62,944 bases of DNA, taken from the NCBI GenBank assembly GCA_044222475.1, contig JBGANF010000039.1, positions 1-62,944 on the forward strand, written 5' to 3'. Below are positions 36,274 through 46,620 of this stretch, piece after piece. The position numbers and the translations under genes are program-made. Each line of letters begins with the position of its first letter. The first letter of the stretch is position 1. The DNA is from Polyangiaceae bacterium. GTDB taxonomy: Bacteria; Myxococcota_A; Polyangia; Polyangiales; Polyangiaceae. The notes under the pieces were generated by a model. That model had not been told where the DNA came from and made no database searches. It saw only the letters and a program-made list of their open reading frames with translations.

Positions 36274-38592
36274 ATGCATCTCTACAAGGCGCGAAAGCTG
36301 CGGATTCTACGCCTCGCGGCGGTAGTCGCGGCCCTTCACGTTTCCTCGGTGGCATGGGCCTCGGCGACTCCGAACCACGTCCGCGACGTTCGCGTGCACG
36401 CTGCGACCGACCTCGCCGGCGCGACCGAGATCGAGGTCAGCGGCACCGAGGCCCCGAGCTTCCAGGTTCGCTCCGAAGCGGGCGGCAAGCGGCTCATCCT
36501 CGAGCTGGCCAACGCCGACGTCGCCGGCGCGCCCGAGTCGATCTCGGACCCGCGCGGCCTGGTCTCCGGCATCCTGACCCAGTCCTTCCACACCGAGTCG
36601 GGCAACATGACCCGGCTCACGATTCACCTCTCGAAGGATGCGACGTTCCGCGTCCGCGCCGACGGGACGACGCTCCACGTGCTCTTCACCCCGTCCTCGC
36701 AAGGGGTCGTTCCGAACACCGATCCGGCGCCGAAGGCGGCGAAGACGGTGCCGAGCGCCGAGCTCACCGAGGTCCGCTTCGAGCGCCAGCCGATGAGCGC
36801 CGCGACCAAGGGCAAGGATCGCGTCGTCATCGCGATCTCGCCGATGCCCGCGTACGCGCTGACGACGACGCCGACCGGCCGCATCCGGCTCGAGCTCAAG
36901 GCGACGCACGTGTCGGACGCGCTCCTCCGCACGCTCGACGTCGCGGCGTACAAAGGCTTCCTCCGCACCGTCTCGACGTTCATCGACGCAAAGGCCGGGA
37001 GCGCGATCATCGAGATCGACCGCCTCGGTGACTCGCAGGGCGAAGTGACGATCGAAGGCGACAAGCTCGTCTGGTCGTTCGATCTCCCGCGCGGCAACGT
37101 CTCGTCGCCGGTCGCCGATCAGCACCAAGGCCGCGGCGTGGTCACCGTCGCGAAGGAAGACACCACCGTCGACACGGTGAAGATGGGCACGTCGATCCTC
37201 GACGGCAACACCGACGGCACGCAGACCAACACGACCGGCGGCAGCGAGGCAGGCTTCACCTCGGGCATCAACGCGCAGGCCGCGGGTCGCTACACCGGCC
37301 GCCGGATCGATCTCGATCTCAAGGACGCCGACATCCACAACATCCTTCGTCTCCTCGCCGACGTCGGGAAGGTGAACATCGTCACCGCCGACGACGTGTC
37401 GGGAAACATCACGATCCGCATGCGGAACGTGCCCTGGGATCAGGCGCTCGACGTCGTCCTCCAGGCGAAGGGCTACGGCCTCGTCTGGCAGGGCAACCTG
37501 ATCCGCGTCGCGCCGATCGCGGTCTTGCAGAAGGAGCGCGAGCTCCGCATCGCGCAGGCCAAGGCCGAGCTCGACCTCGCACCGCTCGAGACGCGGCTCA
37601 TCCCCGTCAGCTACGCCAGCGCCGACGAGCTCCAAGCGCGCGCGCGCGACCTGTTGTCCCCGCGTGGGACGATCGCGGTCGACGAACGCACGAACGTCCT
37701 CATCGCCCGCGACGTCGCCGGCAACCTGAACCACATCGAGGAGCTCATCCGCTCGCTCGACACGCAGACCCCGCAGGTCCTCGTCGAAGCGCGCATCGTC
37801 GAAGCGACGAGCCGCTACCTGCGTGACGTGGGCATCCAGTGGGGCGGTGACCTCACCTTCAGCGAAGCGACCGGAAATCCGACCGGCATCGCGTTCCCGT
37901 CCCGCCTCGGCGTCGCCGGCGGTAACTACGATCAGCAGACTCCTACGGCCGGTCTCTCGCCCTTTCAGCGCCAGATCCCGAACCCGAACTTCGCCGTCAA
38001 CCTCCCGGCCGCCGTCGGTACCGGGCAGGGTGGCGCGCTCGGCCTCTCGTTCGGCTCGGTCGACAACAACATCAACCTCAGCGTGCGTCTCTCGGCGGCG
38101 GAGTCGAGCGGCATGGTCCGCATCGTCTCGAGCCCGCGCATCCTCACCCTCGACAATCGCGAGGCGAGGATCAACCAAGGCACGTTGATCCCGTTCGCCC
38201 AGATCAGCGCCCAGGGCGTCCAGACGACGTTCCAGGAAGCGAAGCTCCAGCTGCTCGTCAGACCCCACGTCACCGCCGACGGATCCGTCGCGATGCACGT
38301 CCGCATCAACCGAGACGAGCCCGACTTCAACCAGACTTCGGCGCGCGGCGATCCCACGATCCTCAAGCGCGAGGCCGAGACCGACCTCCTCGTGATGGAC
38401 GGGCACACCGCGGTCATCGGCGGCATCTACACCCGAAACACCGGCCGAAACCTCGACCAGATCCCGTTCTTCGGCGACATCCCGATCCTCGGCGTGCTCT
38501 TCCAGCGGCGCCGCGCGAGCGATGCCCGAAACGAGCTCGTCATCTTCATCACGCCGCGCATCGTGAACCGCGCCGAAGCGCTCGGTCGCTGA
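36274..38592 (+). CDS. pilQ: Type IV pilus secretin PilQ with AMIN-like N-terminal domains
   Basis: IDLDLKDADIHNILR, NVPWDQALD, PQVLVEARIVEA, IPFFGDIPILGVLF and ELVIFITPRIV. Confidence 0.95.
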   Translation: MHLYKARKLRILRLAAVVAALHVSSVAWASATPNHVRDVRVHAATDLAGATEIEVSGTEAPSFQVRSEAGGKRLILELANADVAGAPESISDPRGLVSGILTQSFHTESGNMTRLTIHLSKDATFRVRADGTTLHVLFTPSSQGVVPNTDPAPKAAKTVPSAELTEVRFERQPMSAATKGKDRVVIAISPMPAYALTTTPTGRIRLELKATHVSDALLRTLDVAAYKGFLRTVSTFIDAKAGSAIIEIDRLGDSQGEVTIEGDKLVWSFDLPRGNVSSPVADQHQGRGVVTVAKEDTTVDTVKMGTSILDGNTDGTQTNTTGGSEAGFTSGINAQAAGRYTGRRIDLDLKDADIHNILRLLADVGKVNIVTADDVSGNITIRMRNVPWDQALDVVLQAKGYGLVWQGNLIRVAPIAVLQKERELRIAQAKAELDLAPLETRLIPVSYASADELQARARDLLSPRGTIAVDERTNVLIARDVAGNLNHIEELIRSLDTQTPQVLVEARIVEATSRYLRDVGIQWGGDLTFSEATGNPTGIAFPSRLGVAGGNYDQQTPTAGLSPFQRQIPNPNFAVNLPAAVGTGQGGALGLSFGSVDNNINLSVRLSAAESSGMVRIVSSPRILTLDNREARINQGTLIPFAQISAQGVQTTFQEAKLQLLVRPHVTADGSVAMHVRINRDEPDFNQTSARGDPTILKREAETDLLVMDGHTAVIGGIYTRNTGRNLDQIPFFGDIPILGVLFQRRRASDARNELVIFITPRIVNRAEALGR

Positions 38593-38671
38593 GCTTTTCT
38601 TTGCATCGAAGACGGGACTCGACCGTCGAACGGCGAGGTGGCACCTTTACCGGGTCCACCTCGCTTTTCTT

Positions 38672-39328
38672 ATGAGACGTGTCCTTCTTGCGGCCGCCGC
38701 TGCGGCCATCGCCATCTCTTTCCCATCCGTCGCGAGCGCCAACCCTTGGAGCCGCTACGACGACGTCCATGTCGGCCTGCGGGCCGAGACGTGGGCGGGT
38801 TCCAGGCTCGAGGGTGTGGGCTCGGTCGCCCGGTTCACGCACGGCGGGGGTGACCTCGAGCTCGGCGTGATGCGGTTCTTCACGGGGCCGCTGGGCTTCT
38901 ACTTCGGGCTCGCGTTCTTTCCGCCGCTGCAAGACACCAGGGCAATCGCGTACGGTCGACTCGACGCGGCGCTCGACGTCGGCGTCGTGAAGTGGGGTGG
39001 CGCGTTCCCCGGCTCGATCATCCTCGGCGCCGGCTTCGGCGGTGACCTCGGTCGGTACTCCTTCGGCGGGCGGTTCTACCCGCGCCTCGAAGCGCGGCTT
39101 CGCCTCCGCCCCTCCGAGCACGTGTCGCTGTTCGTCACGACCGACGTCATGCCCGCGGCGGTCGGCCCCGACACGCGCGTGTTTCAGGCGCGCACGGACT
39201 TGGGGTTCGCGTGGCGTCTGCTCATGGTCGGCTTTCGCTTCGGCCACGTGGTCGAGACGGGCGGCACGCCCGAGCGAACGTTCCACCAGCAGGAGCTCGG
39301 GCTCTTCGTCGGGGTGGGGGTCCTATGA
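38672..39328 (+). CDS. Putative outer-membrane beta-barrel protein
   Basis: Signal peptide (ASA); alternating Gly/aromatic beta-strands. Confidence 0.65.
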   Translation: MRRVLLAAAAAAIAISFPSVASANPWSRYDDVHVGLRAETWAGSRLEGVGSVARFTHGGGDLELGVMRFFTGPLGFYFGLAFFPPLQDTRAIAYGRLDAALDVGVVKWGGAFPGSIILGAGFGGDLGRYSFGGRFYPRLEARLRLRPSEHVSLFVTTDVMPAAVGPDTRVFQARTDLGFAWRLLMVGFRFGHVVETGGTPERTFHQQELGLFVGVGVL

Positions 39329-39975
39329 AGCGCGCGATCGTCGTCGTCGTCGCGCTCGCGCTCTCGGCCTGCTCCGACGAGCCGCCTCGGAACTCGACCG
39401 ACATCGCGACCGCAGACCTTCGGATGCTCTTCACCCTCCGTGGCACGCCGGAGAAGACCGTCGTCGCCGGCTCGCTCACCGGACCGGGCCCCTCGCCGCG
39501 CTTGGTAGAGGGCGATCGCCTAGAGTTTCGCACGCCTCTCGGGACGTCCCCAGTCGGGCTCGTGAACGGCAGCTTCGGCTTCGACCTTCCGCCGACGGGC
39601 GGCGATTTCGAGCTCGCGCTCCTTCGCGCGCCCGACCGCGGAGGCGATCTCTCCCTGAAGGTCTTCCTAGCGCCGCCGTTCGCGATTCGCGTTCCGGTGA
39701 CTGCGTCGCGCGCCGCCCCGCTCACGCTGACCTGGGACGCTGCGCCGGGGCCGCACACGACGAGGCTCTCCCTCGGCGGGAAGTGTGTCGCGACGATTCA
39801 GCGTACGCTCGGTGACGTGGGCACCTACACCTTCAATGCCTTCGAGCTCTCGTCGTCCGCTGCGGACCCGGGGACGTGCACCGTCACGATCGAAATGGTC
39901 AAGGTGTGGTCGACGTACTCGACCTACGATTTGTCCATCCAGTCCACTCGCGTCACGATGGAGATGACCCCGTGA
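39325..39975 (+). CDS. Hypothetical lipoprotein
   Basis: Lipobox LSAC; ATGA overlap; similar to the next gene. Confidence 0.7.
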   Translation: MKRAIVVVVALALSACSDEPPRNSTDIATADLRMLFTLRGTPEKTVVAGSLTGPGPSPRLVEGDRLEFRTPLGTSPVGLVNGSFGFDLPPTGGDFELALLRAPDRGGDLSLKVFLAPPFAIRVPVTASRAAPLTLTWDAAPGPHTTRLSLGGKCVATIQRTLGDVGTYTFNAFELSSSAADPGTCTVTIEMVKVWSTYSTYDLSIQSTRVTMEMTP

Positions 39976-40649
39976 AAAGGCTCGCTATCGCAACCCTTGC
40001 CGCGCTCGCGTCCGCGCACGTCGCGTGCACCAACGACGCGACCGTCATCGAGACCACCGACGTCGATCCCGCCTCCATCTCGAGCACGATCGAGGTGACC
40101 AGCAACGGCGTCGGAGCGTCCGTCCAGTTGGGCTGGTCCTCGAGCACCGACACGACGCGATCGCTCGTCGTCGGTGCCGGTGACCGCCTCGTCGTTCGCG
40201 CAGCCGACGCTGCGCCGCGCGACCTCTCGTACGTCGAAGGGCGTTATTTCGCGTACCTCCCGACCACGTCGCAGACGGTCACGATTGCGCTGATGCGGCC
40301 GGCGGGCGAGCTCGCGTTCGACGTCCTCCTGCCCAAGGATTTCACCGTCGAGGGACCTCCAGCGCCGGTGTCGCGAAGCGTCCCGATGGAGTTCAAGTGG
40401 GTCGCGGACCCCACGCGCGGTGCTGCGCTCACCCTCTTGTCGACGTGCTTCTCCCTGGCGATCGAGCGTTCGGTCGCAAAGGACACCGGCTCGTTCACGT
40501 TCTACCCAGGCGACTTCGGCCAAGTGAAGACGGCGTGCACGTTCTCGGTGGCGGTCACCCGGACGGGGTCCTACTCGGCGAGCACGCCGTTCCGGATGAA
40601 CGGGATCACCCGTCAGGTTCGCACGATCCGCGTGGAGACCAACCCATGA
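39972..40649 (+). CDS. Hypothetical lipoprotein, paralog of the upstream gene
   Basis: Lipobox HVAC; shares GDRL, SR..P...W, C, D.G.(Y/F)TF and CT motifs. Confidence 0.7.
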   Translation: MKRLAIATLAALASAHVACTNDATVIETTDVDPASISSTIEVTSNGVGASVQLGWSSSTDTTRSLVVGAGDRLVVRAADAAPRDLSYVEGRYFAYLPTTSQTVTIALMRPAGELAFDVLLPKDFTVEGPPAPVSRSVPMEFKWVADPTRGAALTLLSTCFSLAIERSVAKDTGSFTFYPGDFGQVKTACTFSVAVTRTGSYSASTPFRMNGITRQVRTIRVETNP

Positions 40650-41623
40650 CGACCAAGCCGTCCGACTATCACCGCATTCGCAAGGCCTTCCAGATCGCCG
40701 TGGGGATCCTCGCGAGCCGTGCCTACGGGTGTGGAGCGTGCCCGCCACCCGGCGAGTACACCGAAGTCTACACCTCACCGGCGAACGGACCCGACGGCGG
40801 CGACGTCACCGGTGCGCTGCCGACCCTCGATCAGGCGACGTGCGATCGCCTCTGCGGCGGGCCCACGACGGGGTGCGCCTACGCGAGCACCGACGCGAGC
40901 GGTGCCGTCGTCATTCGCTGCTACGACATCAACCGCTGTGGCGGGGCTGGCCGCCGGCCCGACGGGTGGGTCGCCGCCCGCGTCGACGGCGCAGATGCGC
41001 TCGGGGTGTGGCTGGGCGCAATCGCCGATCTCGAGGCCGCGTCCGTCGACGCGTTCCGCATCCTAGAGTACGAGCTCGGCGTGCATGGCGCCCCGGCTTC
41101 GCTCCGCCGCCGAGCACGCGCGGCCGCCGCGGACGAGATCCGCCACGCGCGGACGATGCGGCGCCTCGCGCGGCGTCGTGGAGCGACGGTCCAACGCCGT
41201 ACCAAGATGGGACCATTGCGGTCCCGTACGCTCCTCGAGATCGCGATCGAGAACGCGGTCGAGGGGTGCGTCCGCGAGACCTTCGCCGCTCTCGTCGCCG
41301 AGGTGCAGGCGGCCCGCGCCACGGACGCCGATCTTCGCGACGCGCTCCGGACGATCGCCAAGGACGAGACGCGGCACGCTGCGCTCGCCCACGCGGTGCG
41401 CGCGTTCTTGGACTCCAAGCTCTCGACCGACGAGCGCGCCGCGGTCGATCGCGCCCACCGTGAGGCGCTCGCGCGACTCGCGGACGAGGCGCCGGTTTTC
41501 CTCGGCGATTCCGCGAGGATGGCTGCGGGTCTGCCCGAGGCGAGCGAGCTCCGCGCCCTCGCGCGCTCCCTCGCCGCGTCGCTCGCCGACGGGGCGGGGA
41601 TCGTTTCGGCGCGGGCCGCGTAG
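40646..41623 (+). CDS. Ferritin-like (diiron) domain protein with Cys-rich N-terminus
   Basis: GRRPDG, EAASVDAF, DEIRHA, ENAVEGCVRET and DETRHA (E/ExxH/E/ExxH pattern). Confidence 0.8.
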   Translation: MTTKPSDYHRIRKAFQIAVGILASRAYGCGACPPPGEYTEVYTSPANGPDGGDVTGALPTLDQATCDRLCGGPTTGCAYASTDASGAVVIRCYDINRCGGAGRRPDGWVAARVDGADALGVWLGAIADLEAASVDAFRILEYELGVHGAPASLRRRARAAAADEIRHARTMRRLARRRGATVQRRTKMGPLRSRTLLEIAIENAVEGCVRETFAALVAEVQAARATDADLRDALRTIAKDETRHAALAHAVRAFLDSKLSTDERAAVDRAHREALARLADEAPVFLGDSARMAAGLPEASELRALARSLAASLADGAGIVSARAA

Positions 41624-41632
41624 AAGCCCACC

Positions 41633-42367
41633 ATGCGCGCCTTCGTGCTCGGGCTTCTCGTTCTCGCCGCGTGCCAGACGAGGACGGCGCCTGCCGGTCC
41701 GGAGCCCAGGACGGCGGCCTCGCCCACGCCCGCCGCGCCGCCCGCCGCGCCGGCGGTGACCGCCGCCGACGCGGAGGCGATGCGCTCCGTGATCGAGCGC
41801 GTCGCCAAGGGATACACCTGGTTGGGCCGCGCCGACGGCATCTACTGGGCACCGTACGACTGCAAGGCGCCCCCGCCTCCGCCCGCGTTCGTCTCCGCCG
41901 CTCCCGACGGCGACCACGCCCGCAAGCTCTATCACCTGTTGATCCAGTCCCCGGACGCGTACGCCAACGCGACCGGCTCGAGCCTCCCATCCCAAGTTGG
42001 GATGCTTGGTCATGGTCGAGATGCTGGGCCTTGGACGATCGCGCTCGCGGGAAACCCCGACGCAGCGGCGCCGGAGTGGAGCGTCTTTCGCGAGACGGAG
42101 CAGGTCTTGGTGAAGGAGTCGTACGCCCCGCACGAGTGTGCGGACGGGCCGCGGGCAGCGACGGTCGGCGGTCACACCTACTGCCTCGATCGACCGACGG
42201 GGCTGTTCGTCATGGTGAAGCCCAAAGTCACCGCGATGCCCACCGACGACGGCTGGATCTACGGCACGTTCGTCTCGGGGACCGTGACGTCGTCCGGCCT
42301 GGTGGCGAGCTGCATGGGGTGTCACCAAAAGGCGCCGCACGGGCGGCTCTTCGGGTTGCCGAAGTGA
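41633..42367 (+). CDS. Cytochrome P460-like monoheme lipoprotein
   Basis: Lipobox LAAC; LVKE, LFVMVK, GWIYG and C-terminal CMGCH. Confidence 0.7.
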   Translation: MRAFVLGLLVLAACQTRTAPAGPEPRTAASPTPAAPPAAPAVTAADAEAMRSVIERVAKGYTWLGRADGIYWAPYDCKAPPPPPAFVSAAPDGDHARKLYHLLIQSPDAYANATGSSLPSQVGMLGHGRDAGPWTIALAGNPDAAAPEWSVFRETEQVLVKESYAPHECADGPRAATVGGHTYCLDRPTGLFVMVKPKVTAMPTDDGWIYGTFVSGTVTSSGLVASCMGCHQKAPHGRLFGLPK

Positions 42368-42885
42368 GGCGGCTCGCGACCGCGCTCGGCCTGGGCTGCT
42401 TGGTCGCCGCCGGCGCCGCCCGGGCCGACGAACGTCCGCCGAAGAACGTCGTCGTCGCCGATCTCGGGCTGCACGTCGTCGGCGCAGGCTACGAGCGCGT
42501 GCTCAGCCGCGTCGTCGCCGTCCAGGGGGCGATCGAGTGGTACGTGCCGTGGACGCAGGGAAGCCCGACCGCCCTCGCGCTGTTCGGCGTCGCGCTGCGG
42601 ACGAGGCTCTTCTTTCACCCTGGCGGAAACGCGCCCAACGGGTTCTGGCTGTCCCCCGTTGGTACGTGGGGATACGGCCGCTCTTCGTTGGAAGGCGTCG
42701 AGCGAGGCGGCCCCATGTGGTCCGTCGGCGCGAGCCTCGGCTACGCCGGGACGCTGTTTCGTCACCTGCACCTCTCGATCGGCCTCGGCGCGCAATACAA
42801 CGCGGCTGCGTTCGGCCTCGCGCAGCCGCCGAGCTACGCGCGGTTCTACCCGACCGTCGACGGGACCGTCGGGTGGGCGTTTTGA
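42364..42885 (+). CDS. Small outer-membrane beta-barrel protein
   Basis: Signal (ARA-D), beta-strands, C-terminal VGWAF. Confidence 0.7.
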   Translation: MRRLATALGLGCLVAAGAARADERPPKNVVVADLGLHVVGAGYERVLSRVVAVQGAIEWYVPWTQGSPTALALFGVALRTRLFFHPGGNAPNGFWLSPVGTWGYGRSSLEGVERGGPMWSVGASLGYAGTLFRHLHLSIGLGAQYNAAAFGLAQPPSYARFYPTVDGTVGWAF

Positions 42886-42892
42886 AGCCCGA

Positions 42893-43345
42893 TCACTGCA
42901 CTGCGGCGATCGTGTAGCTCACTTGTCCGGTGCAGTTGGTGTAGCTGGACGCTTCGGTCTGCACGCGCATGTCGACGCCGTCGACGCGAATCCTGCCGCC
43001 GTAGGGCAGATCTTGTCCGGTGTTGCCGAACGCCGAGCTCGCCGTCGCGCGGAACTGAGCGTAGTCGAGGCGGATCGGTCCGCTGTTGCACATGAGATTT
43101 CCCTCGGTGTAGACGACGACCTCGCGGTACGCACCGACCGCGATCGGCTCGCTCTTCGCTCCCGGGCCGGTGAAGGATCCGGAGCCGATGACGGTGAGCT
43201 TCGGCGTCGGCGGAGTGCAACACGCGGTGTCCGCGTTGGCGTCCGTGACCGGGCCTTGGGTCCCGAAGCCGTGCGGCGACTGGACGCAGTAGATGAAGAA
43301 CGATCCGAAGATGGAGGCGATGACGATGGTGAGTCTGCGATTCAT
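42893..43345 (-). CDS. Hypothetical exported protein
   Basis: Hydrophobic N-terminus; fills the gap. Confidence 0.6.
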   Translation of the reverse strand: MNRRLTIVIASIFGSFFIYCVQSPHGFGTQGPVTDANADTACCTPPTPKLTVIGSGSFTGPGAKSEPIAVGAYREVVVYTEGNLMCNSGPIRLDYAQFRATASSAFGNTGQDLPYGGRIRVDGVDMRVQTEASSYTNCTGQVSYTIAAVQ

Positions 43346-43423
43346 GGCCCTTGCTACGGGCGCGGACGGAATCGTCTCCTGACCCTGGCGGCCATTGGAT
43401 TGACCGTGGAGCCGTCCGTGGCT

Positions 43424-46165
43424 TCAGCGCGCGCCGCGGGCGATGCGATCGAGCACGCGCGCCTTCGCCTCGGGCGTGATCGGCGGCGCACCGCGCATCC
43501 AGCGCTCGACCTGCGCGTCGAGGCCCGGCTGTTGGTCCTCGCGCGAAAAATCCCACGCGCTGCCGAGATCGACCTCGTCCTTCTGGGAGCCGTCTCCGCA
43601 CGCGAGCGGCCACGTTCGAGGCGTGTAGACGTACGGCGTGTAGTCCGGCGTCGAGGTGAACATGTCGAACGGGAGCGCGGCCGACGCGACCGACGCGTTC
43701 AGATACGGCTTGCCGAGGACGTGGGCGAGGATCTTGTGGAGCGACGCCATGTCGATGTGGGTCTTCGACACGTAACCGCGCTTCACCCACGGGCTGATCG
43801 CGACGAGCGGCGTGCGGTGGCTGTCGACGTGCTCGCCACCTTGGGATGGGTCGTCCTCGGTGACGAGGACCAGGGTCGATGCCCACATCGGGCTGTGGCT
43901 GATGCCGTCGATCAGCATGCCGGTCGCTTCGTCGTTGGTGGCGACCATCGTCTCCGGCGTGGCCCGGTTGGGGCTCACGCCGAACGTGTGGTCGTTGGTG
44001 ATCGTCATGTACGCGAAGTCGACGAAATTGCAGAATACACGCGCTTTGGCGGCGCCGTAGCAGGCCTTCTCGTTGTCGGGGTAGCCGATGTTCTGGAACG
44101 GACCGCCCGGGTACTTGATGTCCGACGGCGGGTGATCGGGCGAAGGCTTCGAGGGCGTGCCGACGATCTCGCCGAGCAGATCGTAGTAGACGCCGTTCTG
44201 ATCGAGCCAGTCGAACAGGGAGCCTTCCTGAGGTCGACCGACCTCGACGATGCCACCGCCCGGGACGGCGCGCGCGTTGCGGCCCGCGCCGGAGACGGCC
44301 CACGTGCGCTCGTCGAAGTCGTTGGCGCGACCGTAGGTGGCCCAGACGTGCCCCTGCGTCGAGTAGATCGCGTCGGTGTAGTAGTCGTCGCTCATCGTGA
44401 ACGTGCGCGCGAGCGTGCGGAAGTTCTTCCAGAGCACCTCCATGTCCGTCTTCGACGGCTTGAGGGTCATGGTCGGGTCGCCCTCGACGTTCGGGAGGTC
44501 GCCGAAGACGCCGTCGAAGCCCTTGTTCTCGCGGACGACCAGGATGACGTGCTTGATCTGGCTCGACGGTCCCTCGGCGTTCGTGAGCGGGACGGGGAAG
44601 TCCTTCGCGCCGCCGTCGCAGGTCACCGTCGGGACGCCGGGGAGCGTGGCCGGGCTCGCGTTGGCGCGGACCGCCGTCTCGCCCGCGGCCAGGTCGGGGC
44701 CGGTCGGGAAGGGCGCTCGCTGAATCGATCCTCGCATCCGATCGCCGATGTCGCTGTCGCCGAGGTCCGAGTAGAGCGGCCGCGGGCCCGTACCGCGACC
44801 GCGAAGGTTCGAGACGACCAACGACCCGTCGTCGAGGGTCGCGATGCCGGAGGGCCAGAAGCCGGTGCCGAGCATCCCGGCGGGGGAGAACGTCGGGGGG
44901 TTCGGCCCGAGATCCACGTCCCACGCGCGCACCGCGTTCATGCCGGCGAGCGTCGCGTAGAGTCGCTTCCTTGCGGCGTCCCATGCGAGCGCGGTCGGCT
45001 CACTGCCGTTCTGCTTCGCTGCGGCGTCCACCGGGACGCGGGTGGTCGTGCCCGCGACGCGGTCGACGACGGTGAGCGCGTCACCGAGATCGCCGGAGAC
45101 GACCATCCAGCGCGCGTCGAGGAAGGCCATCGACTCGGGCGCCTTCTCGGTCGCGAACGAGCGCGCCACGGTCGGGGCGGTGCCGTCGCCGATCGCGACC
45201 TCGAGGACCTGCTTCCGGTTCCACATCGTGACGTACGCCGTCGTCCCCGCGGCGTCGGCGGGATCGAACGCGACGGCGAACGTCTCGTTGTCACCGAGGT
45301 CGACCGAGCCGAGCTGTTTCCCGTACGCCGACGACGCCGGGTCGGAGTCGAACACGAGGAGCGCGCGCTCCGTCGCGCTGCTCACGAGGAGCCGCTTCCC
45401 GTCGGGCGCGATCGCGACGCCGGAGACGTACCAAGGGATGACTTTGCCGTTCCCGTTCTTCGCGTCCGGAAGCTTGATCGACTTCGAGTCGTCGCGAGCC
45501 AGCGCGCCCGTCACTTTGTCGACGGTGAGCGCTTGCACGACGCCGTCGTTCGTGCCGACGAACAGGTGGTCCGGTGCTTGGAACGCGATCTCCGAGTTCA
45601 GCGTCGACGGCGCGGCGAACTTCACGAGGCCTTTGACGGGATCGCCGCCTCCGATCGCGGTCGCTTCGACGATGCGCACCGCGTGATCGCCGTAGCCGTC
45701 GTCGACCGTGGCGACGAGCGTCGTGCCTGGGATGCGCAGCACGTTGGCCGTGAGGCCGCCCTTGACGTCGGGCTCGGCGAAGACCCAGTCGGCGCCGGCG
45801 GGCTTGATGCGGCGGCCGTCGGGCAGGACGGTCGCGCCGGTGCCGTCGGGGCCGGCGTAGCGCATCGCCTCGCCGGTCGGCGCGGTCGCGGTGCACTTGC
45901 CCTGTACCACTTTGGGATAGGTTCCGTCCCACGCGCCGCACTCGGCCTCGTGGGGAATGCGCGCCCACGGCTCGAGCGCCGGGCAGGCGTACGGCCTGGC
46001 CGCCTCCGGGCACGCGCTGTTCGGGCACTCGTACACGCAGGAGTGTGGCGGGCGGTAGTACGTCGACGTGTCGGGAGGCTCGGGCGTCGGCGTCGGATCG
46101 GAGCCGCAGGCGCCGACGAGGACCACGGAGGCGCTCGCGGCGGCGGCGATCAGGAAGGGGCGCAC
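43424..46165 (-). CDS. YncE-like beta-propeller plus phosphoesterase/alkaline-phosphatase-like lipoprotein
   Basis: Lipobox VGAC; propeller repeats; IKHVILVVRENKGFDGVFG, NDHT and EDDPSQGGEHVDSHR. Confidence 0.82.
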   Translation of the reverse strand: MRPFLIAAAASASVVLVGACGSDPTPTPEPPDTSTYYRPPHSCVYECPNSACPEAARPYACPALEPWARIPHEAECGAWDGTYPKVVQGKCTATAPTGEAMRYAGPDGTGATVLPDGRRIKPAGADWVFAEPDVKGGLTANVLRIPGTTLVATVDDGYGDHAVRIVEATAIGGGDPVKGLVKFAAPSTLNSEIAFQAPDHLFVGTNDGVVQALTVDKVTGALARDDSKSIKLPDAKNGNGKVIPWYVSGVAIAPDGKRLLVSSATERALLVFDSDPASSAYGKQLGSVDLGDNETFAVAFDPADAAGTTAYVTMWNRKQVLEVAIGDGTAPTVARSFATEKAPESMAFLDARWMVVSGDLGDALTVVDRVAGTTTRVPVDAAAKQNGSEPTALAWDAARKRLYATLAGMNAVRAWDVDLGPNPPTFSPAGMLGTGFWPSGIATLDDGSLVVSNLRGRGTGPRPLYSDLGDSDIGDRMRGSIQRAPFPTGPDLAAGETAVRANASPATLPGVPTVTCDGGAKDFPVPLTNAEGPSSQIKHVILVVRENKGFDGVFGDLPNVEGDPTMTLKPSKTDMEVLWKNFRTLARTFTMSDDYYTDAIYSTQGHVWATYGRANDFDERTWAVSGAGRNARAVPGGGIVEVGRPQEGSLFDWLDQNGVYYDLLGEIVGTPSKPSPDHPPSDIKYPGGPFQNIGYPDNEKACYGAAKARVFCNFVDFAYMTITNDHTFGVSPNRATPETMVATNDEATGMLIDGISHSPMWASTLVLVTEDDPSQGGEHVDSHRTPLVAISPWVKRGYVSKTHIDMASLHKILAHVLGKPYLNASVASAALPFDMFTSTPDYTPYVYTPRTWPLACGDGSQKDEVDLGSAWDFSREDQQPGLDAQVERWMRGAPPITPEAKARVLDRIARGAR

Positions 46166-46216
46166 GCCTTCGAGAGTGGCTGGTCATCCACTGGTCGTCA
46201 ATGCGACGCTGAGCGG

Positions 46217-46609
46217 ATGGACATCCATCGAGGGGAAGCTCGGACGGCGATTCAGGTCGGCTTCGTCGCGCCGGTGCCGGCCGGCCACGAGGTCGTCGTG
46301 ATGAAGCTCGAGCTCGAAGGCGCGGGGTGGCTGGACATCTCCGAGGCGGTGGTCGTCGTCGACCTGACGACCGGCCTCGTCTATGCGGACATCGGCTACT
46401 GGACCGCGATGAAAGCGCACGGCATCCCCGACGAGTCACCAGCGGATGATCCGGCGCGCGCACTGGGGCCGGCGTGGCGCACGAAAGCGTCGATCCGAGG
46501 ACGCTCGACCGGCGCGGTCGTGTCGACGAAAGACAGCGGCGACACGAACCACGCGTGCACGATGCTGTTCGTGGTGCCGCCCGCCGCCGAAGCGGGTTAC
46601 CGCGGCTGA
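46217..46609 (+). CDS. Hypothetical protein
   Basis: 130-aa globular ORF filling the gap; ATG at 46217. Confidence 0.6.
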   Translation: MDIHRGEARTAIQVGFVAPVPAGHEVVVMKLELEGAGWLDISEAVVVVDLTTGLVYADIGYWTAMKAHGIPDESPADDPARALGPAWRTKASIRGRSTGAVVSTKDSGDTNHACTMLFVVPPAAEAGYRG

Positions 46610-46620
46610 CGGGGAGCCGC

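Noticed and set aside
36044..36355. His/Val-rich metal-binding peptide ORFs (VHVHVP / HVNGD)
   Set aside because: Translations of the intergenic hexamer repeat on both strands; no RBS, and they overlap the pilQ start.
42659..46216. 1316-aa ORF on the + strand
   Set aside because: Antisense to two real genes; only the last 130 codons from ATG 46217 look coding.
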